Below are positions 16,103 to 25,256 of a stretch of DNA of 29,054 nucleotides, piece after piece. Both the position numbers and the translations under genes were made by a program. The notes beneath the pieces are model-generated. The model saw only the letters and a list, made by a program, of their open reading frames with translations. It was not told the DNA's origin and made no database searches. This DNA is from Candidatus Saccharimonadales bacterium (lineage in GTDB: Bacteria > Patescibacteriota > Saccharimonadia > Saccharimonadales > Saccharimonadaceae): the NCBI GenBank assembly GCA_030145955.1, contig JASLCR010000007.1, positions 1-29,054 on the forward strand, written 5' to 3'. Every line of letters begins with the position of its first letter. The first letter of the stretch is position 1.

Positions 16103-16783
16103 CTAGTGCGCTGCCGCTCGTTCAGCAATCCACAAACAGTCATCAATTAATGTATCGATGCCGTTTACCTGCATCGCCACTTGCGGTGATCGTGCACTTA
16201 GTAGGCGTAGGATTTTAATATGAGCTGCAGTAAATCTTCCCTGATTACTAAACATTAATACTCCCGCATTCGGATCGAAATCATACCGGGCGTCCTCCAC
16301 TAACTTCATACCATTATCGTCAGTCGAGAGGTTTAACCCCTGGCCAAGTAGAATTGCCAGCTGCAACCAAAACCACACTTTGATCACCGCAAGCAATACA
16401 TTCAAATCATTAAGATTCTCCAACGTCTCATCAAGAAGCGTGAAGAATGCGCTCTCATCAAGTGCATCTGCCGCTTTTGTAATTTGCTTAATACTCTCGT
16501 ATCCAAACTGAAGTCGATCATAATCCTCAAGAATACTGCGGTACGTCTGTATAATTCTCGACCCTGTCACTGTTGCCAGATCACTTTTTCCAAAATGTAG
16601 CGTCATATCAAGTTTTGCAAACGGCTCAACTGCTCCAGCAAGTTTACTCTTTTCGCGGCGTACCCCTTTTGCAATTGCACTAAGCTTTCCGTGATCTGGC
16701 GTAAGCAGCTGGATAATGCGGTCAGCTTCGCCATAGTTGGTACGTCTGAGCACGATGGCCGGTGTGCGGATCGTCTGGCTCAT
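16103..16783 (-). CDS. recO: DNA repair protein RecO
   Basis: AIVLRRTNYGEADRII.LLT..HGK...AKGVRREKSKL OB-fold signature; no Cys4 zinc finger. Confidence 0.95.
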   Translation of the reverse strand: MSQTIRTPAIVLRRTNYGEADRIIQLLTPDHGKLSAIAKGVRREKSKLAGAVEPFAKLDMTLHFGKSDLATVTGSRIIQTYRSILEDYDRLQFGYESIKQITKAADALDESAFFTLLDETLENLNDLNVLLAVIKVWFWLQLAILLGQGLNLSTDDNGMKLVEDARYDFDPNAGVLMFSNQGRFTAAHIKILRLLSARSPQVAMQVNGIDTLIDDCLWIAERAAAH

Positions 16784-17145
16784 GCAACCACCCCTTGAAT
16801 CGCCTCAACCAACTCAATCGGCGTCACCGTTGCTTTATCGAGCACGGCTCGCACCCCATAGCGTGACACAATCTCAGGATCAACACGGTCGGCAATATTG
16901 CTTACCAACAAAACAGGTATGCGAGATAGATCTCTGTGCGACTGCAGCTCATGCAAAAGCGTAGGTGCCGTGCTGTGCTTGAGTAAGATATCAAGGATAA
17001 TCACATCAGGCGCTACCGTATCGATCAAATCAATTGCACTTGACCCATCAGTAGCAAGATGCGGCTCTAGCCCCGCTTTTGCGAGCACCCGGACATAATG
17101 CGCCCCTAGCCAGCGATCATCTTCAACAATTACAACTCGTTTCAT
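16780..17145 (-). CDS. Single-domain response regulator (CheY-like)
   Basis: IVEDD, IILD (phosphoacceptor), VSN, LDK. Confidence 0.9.
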   Translation of the reverse strand: MKRVVIVEDDRWLGAHYVRVLAKAGLEPHLATDGSSAIDLIDTVAPDVIILDILLKHSTAPTLLHELQSHRDLSRIPVLLVSNIADRVDPEIVSRYGVRAVLDKATVTPIELVEAIQGVVA

Positions 17146-17852
17146 ACCAGTGTCAGTTGTTTTGATACAAGCAAGTCAACATAAAAGGATGCCCCGTCTC
17201 GGTGTCGTGACGCGCCAATTGTGCCACCAAATTGTCGGGCAAATTCCTCCGCTATCATCAGCCCAAGACCATGCCTGTCATATGGTAATTGACTCGGCTG
17301 CACGTTCAGATTTACACTACTGCGTGTTCTGCGATTACGTACACCAATTCGTACCCTGTCACGTTTTTGCAGGAGGGTTGCATATACTTCAACAACACTT
17401 GTTGGATCACTGTATTCAAGCGCATTGTCGGCAAAATTCATCAATATCCGATGCAGTAGATCAGGGTTAGCTACTGCCAAATGGTCTCGAGATTTTTTAT
17501 GAAACTCAAACGAGCGACCGTGCGCCTTATACAGTGGTTGGATTTCCTGCGTTACCTGCTGACATACCACCGAAGAGCTAAGGGGGGCGGTATCAAAAAG
17601 CTGCTGCTGCTTTCTTGCTGTGCTTGCAACGCTTGACGCAAATCGGAGGGCTCGTTCACTCGTTAGACGAATCTGCCGCGTAATCTCATCTCGCTCCTCA
17701 ATTGTTAATTCAGCATCCTCAAGCTCAAGTGTTAATTGACGAATAAGCGCAAGCGGCGATTTAAGCTCGTGTGCAAGAAAAGACGAAGAAGTAAAGTTCC
17801 CATGAACAGACACCCCCCCGCTCACTTTGGCATGTCCCTCTCCACTGGTCAT
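17142..17852 (-). CDS. Sensor-less histidine kinase (HisKA + HATPase)
   Basis: H box AHELKSPL, N box MNFADNAL, G2 GLGLMIA; no TM or sensor; G1 box degenerate. Confidence 0.85.
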   Translation of the reverse strand: MTSGEGHAKVSGGVSVHGNFTSSSFLAHELKSPLALIRQLTLELEDAELTIEERDEITRQIRLTSERALRFASSVASTARKQQQLFDTAPLSSSVVCQQVTQEIQPLYKAHGRSFEFHKKSRDHLAVANPDLLHRILMNFADNALEYSDPTSVVEVYATLLQKRDRVRIGVRNRRTRSSVNLNVQPSQLPYDRHGLGLMIAEEFARQFGGTIGASRHRDGASFYVDLLVSKQLTLV

Positions 17853-17893
17853 ATATATACAGTGTAGCAGAAATCGTACGAGAAATTGGCTAA

Positions 17894-18559
17894 CTACGCG
17901 TTGAATTCAATCGTTTTAACAATCTTATCGAAGTCAGGCTTAAATGTATCTGCATCCGTAAATATCGAGACTGTTTTGTCGCGTAGCTTAAAGAACACTC
18001 CGGCGCCTCGAATATCCTTCGAGAAGCTACCGTCAAGTCGTACTCCACTATGACCATTTGCTGAAACAGTACTGTTTTTGAGGTCGCCCTTTTTCACAAG
18101 GCTGTCATAGGAAGCAATTATCTTGTCATAGTCTTTGCTTTCAATCACTACACGAAGCGCGTAACGCGAGTCTGCACCATTTACTGATGGAACAGTTACT
18201 GGGTGCAGGTAGGCTTCATAACTACCGCCCTTAGAGCCATCTGTATCGACATAGACACTCCATGTCTTTGGATAGTTAAATGTGAGCCGCCCATAATCAT
18301 CAGGGCCAACGAACTGACGATTCGGTTCTTTTTCGCGTTCAAGAAACTTTTCCTGCTCCTCTTCCTGCGTGTCGCGGACAGCTTTCGCCTTCGCTGTTTC
18401 TATTTTCGCGTCAACGTTACTCTTCTGATCGCTATACTGCACAAAAAGCCAGATCGCAAGTGCAACACATGCCACCAAGGCAAGTGCGAGTAAGATAATC
18501 GCAATCATACCGCCATTCACACTACCAATTTGTTGTTTTTTAGTATTCCTCATTTGCAT
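17894..18559 (-). CDS. Membrane-anchored protein with coiled coil and PsbP-like domain
   Basis: TM, coiled coil, LTFNYPKTW, SANGHSGVR, FDKIVKTIEF; TATAAT 6 nt before ATG 18559. Confidence 0.65.
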   Translation of the reverse strand: MQMRNTKKQQIGSVNGGMIAIILLALALVACVALAIWLFVQYSDQKSNVDAKIETAKAKAVRDTQEEEQEKFLEREKEPNRQFVGPDDYGRLTFNYPKTWSVYVDTDGSKGGSYEAYLHPVTVPSVNGADSRYALRVVIESKDYDKIIASYDSLVKKGDLKNSTVSANGHSGVRLDGSFSKDIRGAGVFFKLRDKTVSIFTDADTFKPDFDKIVKTIEFNA

Positions 18560-18566
18560 GATCTGA

Positions 18567-19094
18567 TTATACTTGTGGTTTTTTTGCATGTAAAGCTTTG
18601 ATTTCGTATAGGTGATACGCACCTTGCTGCCCTATGCTCGTATACCCGGGTAGTTCAAAGCCGTAGCTGAGTACGTACAGCGTATGCTCCAAGCGCGTTG
18701 TCTCGTCCTCAATACGACGCGTCAATCGTTTAATGTCGCGTGCATCACTAAAAAGATAGACAATAGTCGTATCATCGGGAAATGGCGTCGTCCATATATT
18801 TGCAAGCTTTGCCTGCACGGTAGGATATTTGCGCGAAAGCAAACGTGTCACCCATACAAGTAACGGGTTCAGTTCATATCCTACTGCCTGCGCGCCATAG
18901 CGGGCAGCCTCACGAAGCACTACCCCATCGCCTGCGCCAAGATCAAGCAGGACATCTTTGGAGTCCAGTTTGTAAAGTTCGTCAAAGGCAGCACGTATAT
19001 GCTTACGACGAGATGGCACATACGGGGCGCCAAAAAAGACGACGAATCCAAATGCGAGAATTATTCCAAAGAGTATCCAGAATGCAATGACCAT
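18567..19094 (-). CDS. Membrane-anchored class I SAM methyltransferase
   Basis: N-terminal TM, APYVPS, LDLGAGDG, GYELNP. Confidence 0.85.
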   Translation of the reverse strand: MVIAFWILFGIILAFGFVVFFGAPYVPSRRKHIRAAFDELYKLDSKDVLLDLGAGDGVVLREAARYGAQAVGYELNPLLVWVTRLLSRKYPTVQAKLANIWTTPFPDDTTIVYLFSDARDIKRLTRRIEDETTRLEHTLYVLSYGFELPGYTSIGQQGAYHLYEIKALHAKKPQV

Positions 19095-19104
19095 ACCGTT
19101 AATA

Positions 19105-19311
19105 TTATGATTTGCTAAAATCCTGTTTTAGCTGGTTAATCTTATTCTTAAAAGTACCGAGCTCTTCTTCAATTTGCTTGGCTAACTTTTCAGCTTCTCT
19201 GAATTTTTCAATTGCTTCTTCAAGCACAAAATCTTCACCCTCAAACCACTGCACTTGCTGGTCAAGTTCGGCAAGCATTGCTGAAATTGTTTTGTTACTT
19301 TTCTCTGACAT
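19105..19311 (-). CDS. xseB: Exodeoxyribonuclease VII small subunit
   Basis: LAELDQQVQWFE...LEEAIEKF.EA..L; directly downstream of xseA; start ATG 19311. Confidence 0.9.
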   Translation of the reverse strand: MSEKSNKTISAMLAELDQQVQWFEGEDFVLEEAIEKFREAEKLAKQIEEELGTFKNKINQLKQDFSKS

Positions 19312-20392
19312 GACGTACCTCCGTCTCAATATATTGTTTTCTCGTCTCAATCTCAAGCGTCTTTCCTATCCCGATATCGCCCCTCACAATTGCATAGCCG
19401 CGCTCAAGCACACGTGTTGGGTCAAATGCTGCCAGTACCGCCCGAAATTGCCCAATCCGACTTATAGAGTCATCAATCGAGTCATCAATCTTCTCAAGCA
19501 TCAGCTGTAACTTTTGCCTCCGCTCATAATCAATAGCTTCAGCCGCACTGTCGGTACGCGCCATAACATGTCTTAGCTGCGTCTCAACATACCGCAGAAT
19601 ATCCTGCTTATTCGGTACGAGAAGCTCTGCAGCATTACTTGGAGTACTTGCCCTCACATCAGCCACAAGATCAACCAGGGTCTCATCAACCTCATGCCCA
19701 ATACCTGTTAGTACGGGCACACGGCTTGCAGCCACCTGCCGCACTAATAATTCATCGTTAAATGCAGCCAAGTCATCTGCGCTACCTCCGCCACGTATAA
19801 TGACAATTACTTCGGGCAACTGCGGCTGCTGCGATATATACTCGAGTGCACGAATTATCTGATCTGGAGCGCTCTCGCCTTGCACCTGCACATGAGCAAC
19901 ATCAATCTCTAGCCCGCCCCAACGCGCATCAACAATCTTCATGAAATCAGCATATCCAGCAGCCTGCATACTCGAAATCACCGCAATGCGTTGCGGTATC
20001 GGAGGAAGAGCTCGCTTTCGTTCATCAGTAAATAGACCTTCAGCGCTCAATTTCTTATGAAGCAGCTCAAAGTTCCGCCTTAGTGCTCCCTCACCCACCG
20101 GACGAATCTGGTCAACTGTTAGACTAAATTTACCCCATTTCGTGAGTTTCGGATGAGCTCGCACAATCACCCGCATCCCATCCTCTATCACCACACGAAG
20201 TTGGAACTTCATCATGAAACAGCCAATCGATCCCTCATCATCCTTAAGATCAAAGAAGATAAATTTATCTTGATTCACCTTAAAACTCGCAACCTCACCT
20301 TCAACCTCTACAAAAGGATACGCTGTATCAAGTACTTGGTTTGTAAGCGCAATAAACTCACCGACACTAAGCTTGAGACTTTGATTTTCCAT
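19295..20392 (-). CDS. xseA: Exodeoxyribonuclease VII large subunit (short C-terminal region)
   Basis: VEGEV, FFDLKD, RGGGSADDL..FN, TGIGHEVD, TPSNAAE, VLERGYA. Confidence 0.96.
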   Translation of the reverse strand: MENQSLKLSVGEFIALTNQVLDTAYPFVEVEGEVASFKVNQDKFIFFDLKDDEGSIGCFMMKFQLRVVIEDGMRVIVRAHPKLTKWGKFSLTVDQIRPVGEGALRRNFELLHKKLSAEGLFTDERKRALPPIPQRIAVISSMQAAGYADFMKIVDARWGGLEIDVAHVQVQGESAPDQIIRALEYISQQPQLPEVIVIIRGGGSADDLAAFNDELLVRQVAASRVPVLTGIGHEVDETLVDLVADVRASTPSNAAELLVPNKQDILRYVETQLRHVMARTDSAAEAIDYERRQKLQLMLEKIDDSIDDSISRIGQFRAVLAAFDPTRVLERGYAIVRGDIGIGKTLEIETRKQYIETEVRHVREK

Positions 20393-21401
20393 ACTTTATC
20401 AGTGCATGTTGATAAAAGAAGTAGCCAAGACCAATCGTCCCAAGGAGCAAGATTACCCGTGTAAGTACAATGCCGGCAATTGCCGTACCCGCAGTGATAC
20501 CAGCAACAGCTAAAAATGATACCATAATTGCCTCAAATGCCCCTGTTCCACCTGGAGTAACGACAAATGACGCAGCAAATGTTGCTAGTCCATACGCAAT
20601 CAGAATAGGTGCCGGGTTTACTGGCGAGCCAAGCGCCCAAAACGTAATTGCATAGAGAAGTACGTCGCCAATAGTAAAAAGCAATCCCCATAGAAACGGC
20701 TTAAGTAAAATCCGCTTATCTTTTTTTAACTCGAGATAATCTGCATGAATATCATCAAAAAATTTCAATGCTCGTGAGACATCAAAATCACTCGCACTTT
20801 TTCCTCTTACCATGCGAAGTACACGATTCACGACACTAACAAGCCGCGTAACCGCCGCATGCCCGCGCGAAGGGCTGCCAATTAAATATACCGCAAACGC
20901 CGTACCGCCACACATACCAAAGACGATCACCGAACTCAGCAAAATCATCCAACGATTTATGTCGCCGTCAACAGTAATCGCAACTAGCGCTATCGTCAGA
21001 AGAACAATAAATGCCGCAAAGCTCGCTACAAAACGAACAAGCTGCGCCATTGTGGCTCGCCCTGGTGAAATACCATATTTATGTAACCGCCATGTCATAT
21101 AGGAAACACCACTCACTCCTGCGCTTGGCAGAACATGATTCACAAAATTCATCTCGAGCGCCATTCTCGCCTGCGTTGCAACGTTAATGTGTTTAATTAC
21201 CTTTTTGTCGCGAAGATACGCAAACATCATCTCACCAGCAATAAAATACACCACTACCTGCATTGGGATAATTAGGCTCAATATCCAAAGATCCACTGAC
21301 CCAAGCAACTGCCAGGCATGAGCAATCTCATGACGTGCAGCAAATAAGATAATTACAAGCAGTCCAACAGTGATAATACTCAGCCACGTTTTCAAAGACA
21401 T
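20367..21401 (-). CDS. Lysylphosphatidylglycerol-synthase TM / flippase-like protein (UPF0104/YbhN)
   Basis: About 8 TM; NFVNHVLPSAG, TPGGTGAFE, final TM with R. Confidence 0.85.
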   Translation of the reverse strand: MSLKTWLSIITVGLLVIILFAARHEIAHAWQLLGSVDLWILSLIIPMQVVVYFIAGEMMFAYLRDKKVIKHINVATQARMALEMNFVNHVLPSAGVSGVSYMTWRLHKYGISPGRATMAQLVRFVASFAAFIVLLTIALVAITVDGDINRWMILLSSVIVFGMCGGTAFAVYLIGSPSRGHAAVTRLVSVVNRVLRMVRGKSASDFDVSRALKFFDDIHADYLELKKDKRILLKPFLWGLLFTIGDVLLYAITFWALGSPVNPAPILIAYGLATFAASFVVTPGGTGAFEAIMVSFLAVAGITAGTAIAGIVLTRVILLLGTIGLGYFFYQHALIKYGKSKSQA

Positions 21402-21473
21402 ATTTTTTATTATACTACGTGCCCTATCTTGATGCGATCATAATACTAACACTACTGCTATAATAGAGACACT

Positions 21474-22649
21474 ATGTCACGCTACCTTTCAGTCTTAGGA
21501 CGACAACCCGAACTCAGCCTCGCAGAGCTTGAGCGGGTCTATGATAGTACTTCTCTTGAACACTTCTCCCCGACAACCGCCACATTTAGCTCAAATACTG
21601 CACCAAATATCCAGCAGCTAGGCGGTTCTCTAAAACTTGGCAAAGTAGTCTTGGAGCTCCGCAAAGCAACCTGGCAAGATGTGAATAAAAAAATTATTCA
21701 ACATTATACTAAACAGTTCAAGTATATTGATGCAAAGATTACGCTGGGTGTAAGTGTTTATGATTGGCGCATTAACCCCCGAGATGTCCAAAAGCTCGGC
21801 CTTAGTCTGAAAAAGGCCCTAAAGTCCCATGGTGTCAGTATGCGCCTCATTCCAAACAGCGAAAGCACCCTTGGTACAGCCACGAGCCACCATAATAAGC
21901 TTGGCCTATCACCAGCTAAAGTAGAGCTGCTTATCAGTTGCAGTAAGCAAGGCGGAGTTATCGTAGCAGAAAGTATTGGTACGCAAAATATTACTGCACT
22001 TGCGAAGCGTGACCAAGGACGGCCAAAGCGGGATGCTTTTGTTGGCATGCTACCACCAAAGCTTGCTCAAATTATGATCAATCTTGCGGCGGGCAATGCG
22101 CATAAAGGCCGTCTGCTTGACCCTTTCTGCGGAACAGGCGTATTGCTTCAGGAAGCCGCCCTGCTTGGCTACGACGTCTACGGCACTGACCTTAGTGATA
22201 AAATGATCGATTACTCCCAGGAAAATCTCGCCTGGATTATTGATAAATACAGCCTTAAGACCAACGTCACTGTCACACAAGGTGACGCAATGGACGCCAA
22301 GTGGGAAGCACCAATCGACTACGTCGCCTGTGAAACCTACCTTGGGCAACCCTTCTCGGCACCCCCCGCCCCCGACAAGCTCGATAAAGTGCGCAAGAAC
22401 TGTGATCATATCATTTCCGAATTTCTCACCAATATTCATCAGCAAATATTACCCGGCACCTCTCTCTGTGTCGCGGTACCCGCTTGGCGTGATAGTGACG
22501 GCCGGGTCACCCACCTTCCGCTCACAAAGAAGCTCGACTCACTTGGCTATTCACAGTGGGCCGCGCAGCACTCAAGTGGCAAGCCCCTACTCTACTACCG
22601 CGAAGATCAGGTGGTTGCGCGTGAGCTCCTCGTCTTAACAAGAAAATAG
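21474..22649 (+). CDS. Trm11/TrmG10-like SAM-dependent RNA methyltransferase
   Basis: LGRQPELSLAEL, MLPPKLAQIMINLA, LLDPFCGTG, GTD, GDA. Confidence 0.75.
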   Translation: MSRYLSVLGRQPELSLAELERVYDSTSLEHFSPTTATFSSNTAPNIQQLGGSLKLGKVVLELRKATWQDVNKKIIQHYTKQFKYIDAKITLGVSVYDWRINPRDVQKLGLSLKKALKSHGVSMRLIPNSESTLGTATSHHNKLGLSPAKVELLISCSKQGGVIVAESIGTQNITALAKRDQGRPKRDAFVGMLPPKLAQIMINLAAGNAHKGRLLDPFCGTGVLLQEAALLGYDVYGTDLSDKMIDYSQENLAWIIDKYSLKTNVTVTQGDAMDAKWEAPIDYVACETYLGQPFSAPPAPDKLDKVRKNCDHIISEFLTNIHQQILPGTSLCVAVPAWRDSDGRVTHLPLTKKLDSLGYSQWAAQHSSGKPLLYYREDQVVARELLVLTRK

Positions 22650-22660
22650 GCCTCACCCCC

Positions 22661-22689
22661 TTGACTTACCCGGTAATTTAACATACAAT
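22661..22689 (+). promoter_or_regulatory. Sigma70 promoter of rpmA
   Basis: TTGACT-17 nt-TACAAT; SD AAGGAG at 22714-22719. Confidence 0.8.
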
Positions 22690-22724
22690 TGGACAGATTG
22701 TTGAAGAAATTTTAAGGAGAATCC

Positions 22725-22997
22725 ATGTCACACGTTAAAGCTGGTGGTTCATCAAAGAACATCCACAACAACGCCGGTACACGTCTCGGTGTGAAACGCT
22801 ATGGCGGCCAGAAAGTAAGCGCTGGCGAAGTACTTGTTCGTCAAACTGGTAGCACGAAGGTTGCTGGCCCTGGTACGTTTATCAGCCGCAACTTTACGAT
22901 CCATGCTGCAAAAGCTGGTATCGTCTCATTTAAGAAGGTTAAGTCTCGCCGCTTTACTGGCAAGACTGTTCCTCGCACGCAAGTTGTCGTTGAATAG
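22725..22997 (+). CDS. rpmA: 50S ribosomal protein bL27
   Basis: SHVKAGGSSKN, RLGVKRYGGQ, LVRQ. Confidence 0.97.
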   Translation: MSHVKAGGSSKNIHNNAGTRLGVKRYGGQKVSAGEVLVRQTGSTKVAGPGTFISRNFTIHAAKAGIVSFKKVKSRRFTGKTVPRTQVVVE

Positions 22998-23017
22998 ATA
23001 AAAATACAACTTATATG

Positions 23018-23045
23018 AAAAATACTCTCAACCGAGAGTATTTTT
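23018..23045. terminator. Bidirectional intrinsic terminator
   Basis: AAAAATACTCTC-aacc-GAGAGTATTTTT between convergent genes. Confidence 0.85.
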
Positions 23046-23051
23046 CATTAC

Positions 23052-24467
23052 TTAAGCTGCTTCCTGCCGATATATTTCTCGTGCACGGGCAGTCAGTTTG
23101 CGTGTCATAAAAGATAGCCCAAAGCGAACTGTCATATTCTCAAACATGTCGATCAGACCAGGATTGCGTTGCTCACCCTCGGCAATCACCCGAGCAGATT
23201 CCTCTAACCTCTCTTTAATATCTTCAGCACGGCCCGCCGCCACTTCATCCTGATAGATACCTTCAAGTACTCCGTCAAAACCGCCCATATAATTGTATGC
23301 TTCCTTTATAAAGACATTGCTTTGATGCTCAATATAATTCTTTGGAGATGCGAGTGCAAGATCGACCATACGTGCAAGACCAACGCGATTTGCAATATCA
23401 CCAAGGACTTCAGTACTAGTCCCTCCCTTTACGCGTGTATCAAAGCCATCCTTAACTGAGTGACCAGTGATAATACGATACTGCGCAAAGAAGCGTTTAA
23501 TATCCTGGTAGCCATGACGATCACCGGAAAAATGCTCAGCACGAAGCTCTTCGGCATTAATACCAAATGTCACGCCACCGTCGAGAGTAACACCTCCCTG
23601 CGTATGAGTATATTCATGCGCAAGCACAGCAACATCACGATCTACACCCTGCGAAGCGAGAGGGCTATTCTCAATTACTTGAGGATCGCGGATTTTCTCA
23701 GCGAGCGCCGTTGAGATACAGAGTGTTTTATGACCATCAAGTACGGTCACCCATGCAGGAGCAAATTGCTCCTCTACACCGAGCTCTCTTGCAAATGCCA
23801 TATTACGCTCTATCAGACCCTTTTTCCACGCCTTAACATCGTCCTTAAGTTGCACTTGTGCAGCTAGCTCAGAGCTCCGTATCCCAAGGCTGTAGTCGGG
23901 TGCAGGCGCTGAAAGGCTATTGGTATCGTTCTCATCGGCAATCGAAAGTACCCTGATAGTGTACTCATCTTCATTTTCAGCAGTTATACCAAGCCGTTCC
24001 TTTGTGGCCTCAATTTGCGGAATCAATCCAGATGACATCATTTCCTGGATCTCATCTGATAGCGCCCTATCGGTATATCTATCGTAGACTCTTACACGAG
24101 TAGCATCATCAAACTCTTCATTATCCAGCTTCACTTGCTCGCTAAACTCAGCAAGCAAATCACTGTGCTCGTGCGCAAGAAGTGTTACAATGTCAGCAAC
24201 ATATGTCTTCTCCTTAACATCATCCGGAGCACTCTTAGCCCATCGCGCAGCAATACCCGATAATAGTAGCCCCCTAGCAGGCTCCGAGAAGAATGATGGT
24301 TTGATCTCGAACTCTTCTACCAACTCTCTTACGGAGCTCAATATTTCTGGATTATCCCTTAGCTCTGGGATTTGTTCACTTAAGCTCGCAAATGAGGCAT
24401 CCAACACCTCATTTAATTCATGAAGATTGTTCTGGGTATCTGCTGAGTTTGGTGCATACTCTGTCAT
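23052..24467 (-). CDS. Hypothetical acidic protein with HExxH zincin motif
   Basis: VLAHEYTH with downstream NAEELRAE; no signal peptide. Confidence 0.7.
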   Translation of the reverse strand: MTEYAPNSADTQNNLHELNEVLDASFASLSEQIPELRDNPEILSSVRELVEEFEIKPSFFSEPARGLLLSGIAARWAKSAPDDVKEKTYVADIVTLLAHEHSDLLAEFSEQVKLDNEEFDDATRVRVYDRYTDRALSDEIQEMMSSGLIPQIEATKERLGITAENEDEYTIRVLSIADENDTNSLSAPAPDYSLGIRSSELAAQVQLKDDVKAWKKGLIERNMAFARELGVEEQFAPAWVTVLDGHKTLCISTALAEKIRDPQVIENSPLASQGVDRDVAVLAHEYTHTQGGVTLDGGVTFGINAEELRAEHFSGDRHGYQDIKRFFAQYRIITGHSVKDGFDTRVKGGTSTEVLGDIANRVGLARMVDLALASPKNYIEHQSNVFIKEAYNYMGGFDGVLEGIYQDEVAAGRAEDIKERLEESARVIAEGEQRNPGLIDMFENMTVRFGLSFMTRKLTARAREIYRQEAA

Positions 24468-24498
24468 ATTTGTTTTATTAAGTTTCTATGCTCTATTT

Positions 24499-24538
24499 AA
24501 GCATAAGAGACACTTAAAGTCAAGTGTCTCTTATGCTT
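24499..24538. repeat. Perfect 17 bp inverted repeat with 6 nt spacer
   Basis: AAGCATAAGAGACACTT-aaagtc-AAGTGTCTCTTATGCTT. Confidence 0.9.
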
Positions 24539-24552
24539 CATGCAGGTAGAGA

Positions 24553-24804
24553 TTATTGCTGCTCGTCGATCTTAGTGCTACGCAACACTTGCTGACCAAT
24601 ATCACGATTTGACTCACCAAGTCGTGCACCGTTCTCTATCATTTCAGGGCTTGGTTCAGTCGTCGACAAAGTCGGTGGCGAATAATCTCGACTCCCAAAT
24701 ACTTTTCCATCCGGCCCCTGGTCTGGTGCGCCTAGGACTGTTGGATGAGGTTGTGGTCGTTCCTCTAGAGAGCTTGACTTATGCCCTTTACGCCAACCAA
24801 ACAT
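24553..24804 (-). CDS. Small low-complexity hypothetical protein
   Basis: TAATG stop/start overlap with the upstream regulator; fills the gap. Confidence 0.5.
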   Translation of the reverse strand: MFGWRKGHKSSSLEERPQPHPTVLGAPDQGPDGKVFGSRDYSPPTLSTTEPSPEMIENGARLGESNRDIGQQVLRSTKIDEQQ

Positions 24805-25220
24805 TACACCTGACCCTCAGAGCTAGTACTCTGCGTTGCATCAACGACACCAAGATGGTGCTTCACGCGGTCAACCACATCGCCAATAACTACTTGCGAC
24901 TTCACAAGATAATCATCGACACCAAGATTTTCGGCACGCTCTTTGTCTTTTGGCTGACTGAGAGCCGTAAGCATCACTACCTTGATGTTTGTTGTTTCAG
25001 GGGTGTTGCGCAAGATATCAAGCACATCGAAACCACTAATCTTTGGCATCATCGCATCAAGCAAAATAAGCTCGGGCTTGAAAGAAACTGCGGTTGAAAG
25101 CGCATCTTCACCATTATTCACCTGACGAACTTCAAAGCCCTCAAGCTCCAATCGTGCCTGATAGACATCGGCAAGTGAGGTATCATCTTCTACAAGGAGT
25201 ATACGTTTTTTAGCGTTCAT
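24804..25220 (-). CDS. Single-domain response regulator
   Basis: LLVEDD, LLDAMMP, GFDVL, MLTA, YLVK. Confidence 0.93.
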   Translation of the reverse strand: MNAKKRILLVEDDTSLADVYQARLELEGFEVRQVNNGEDALSTAVSFKPELILLDAMMPKISGFDVLDILRNTPETTNIKVVMLTALSQPKDKERAENLGVDDYLVKSQVVIGDVVDRVKHHLGVVDATQSTSSEGQV

Positions 25221-25256
25221 ATCTATATTCTACCCCACCCTGGCGTAAAAGCACAA

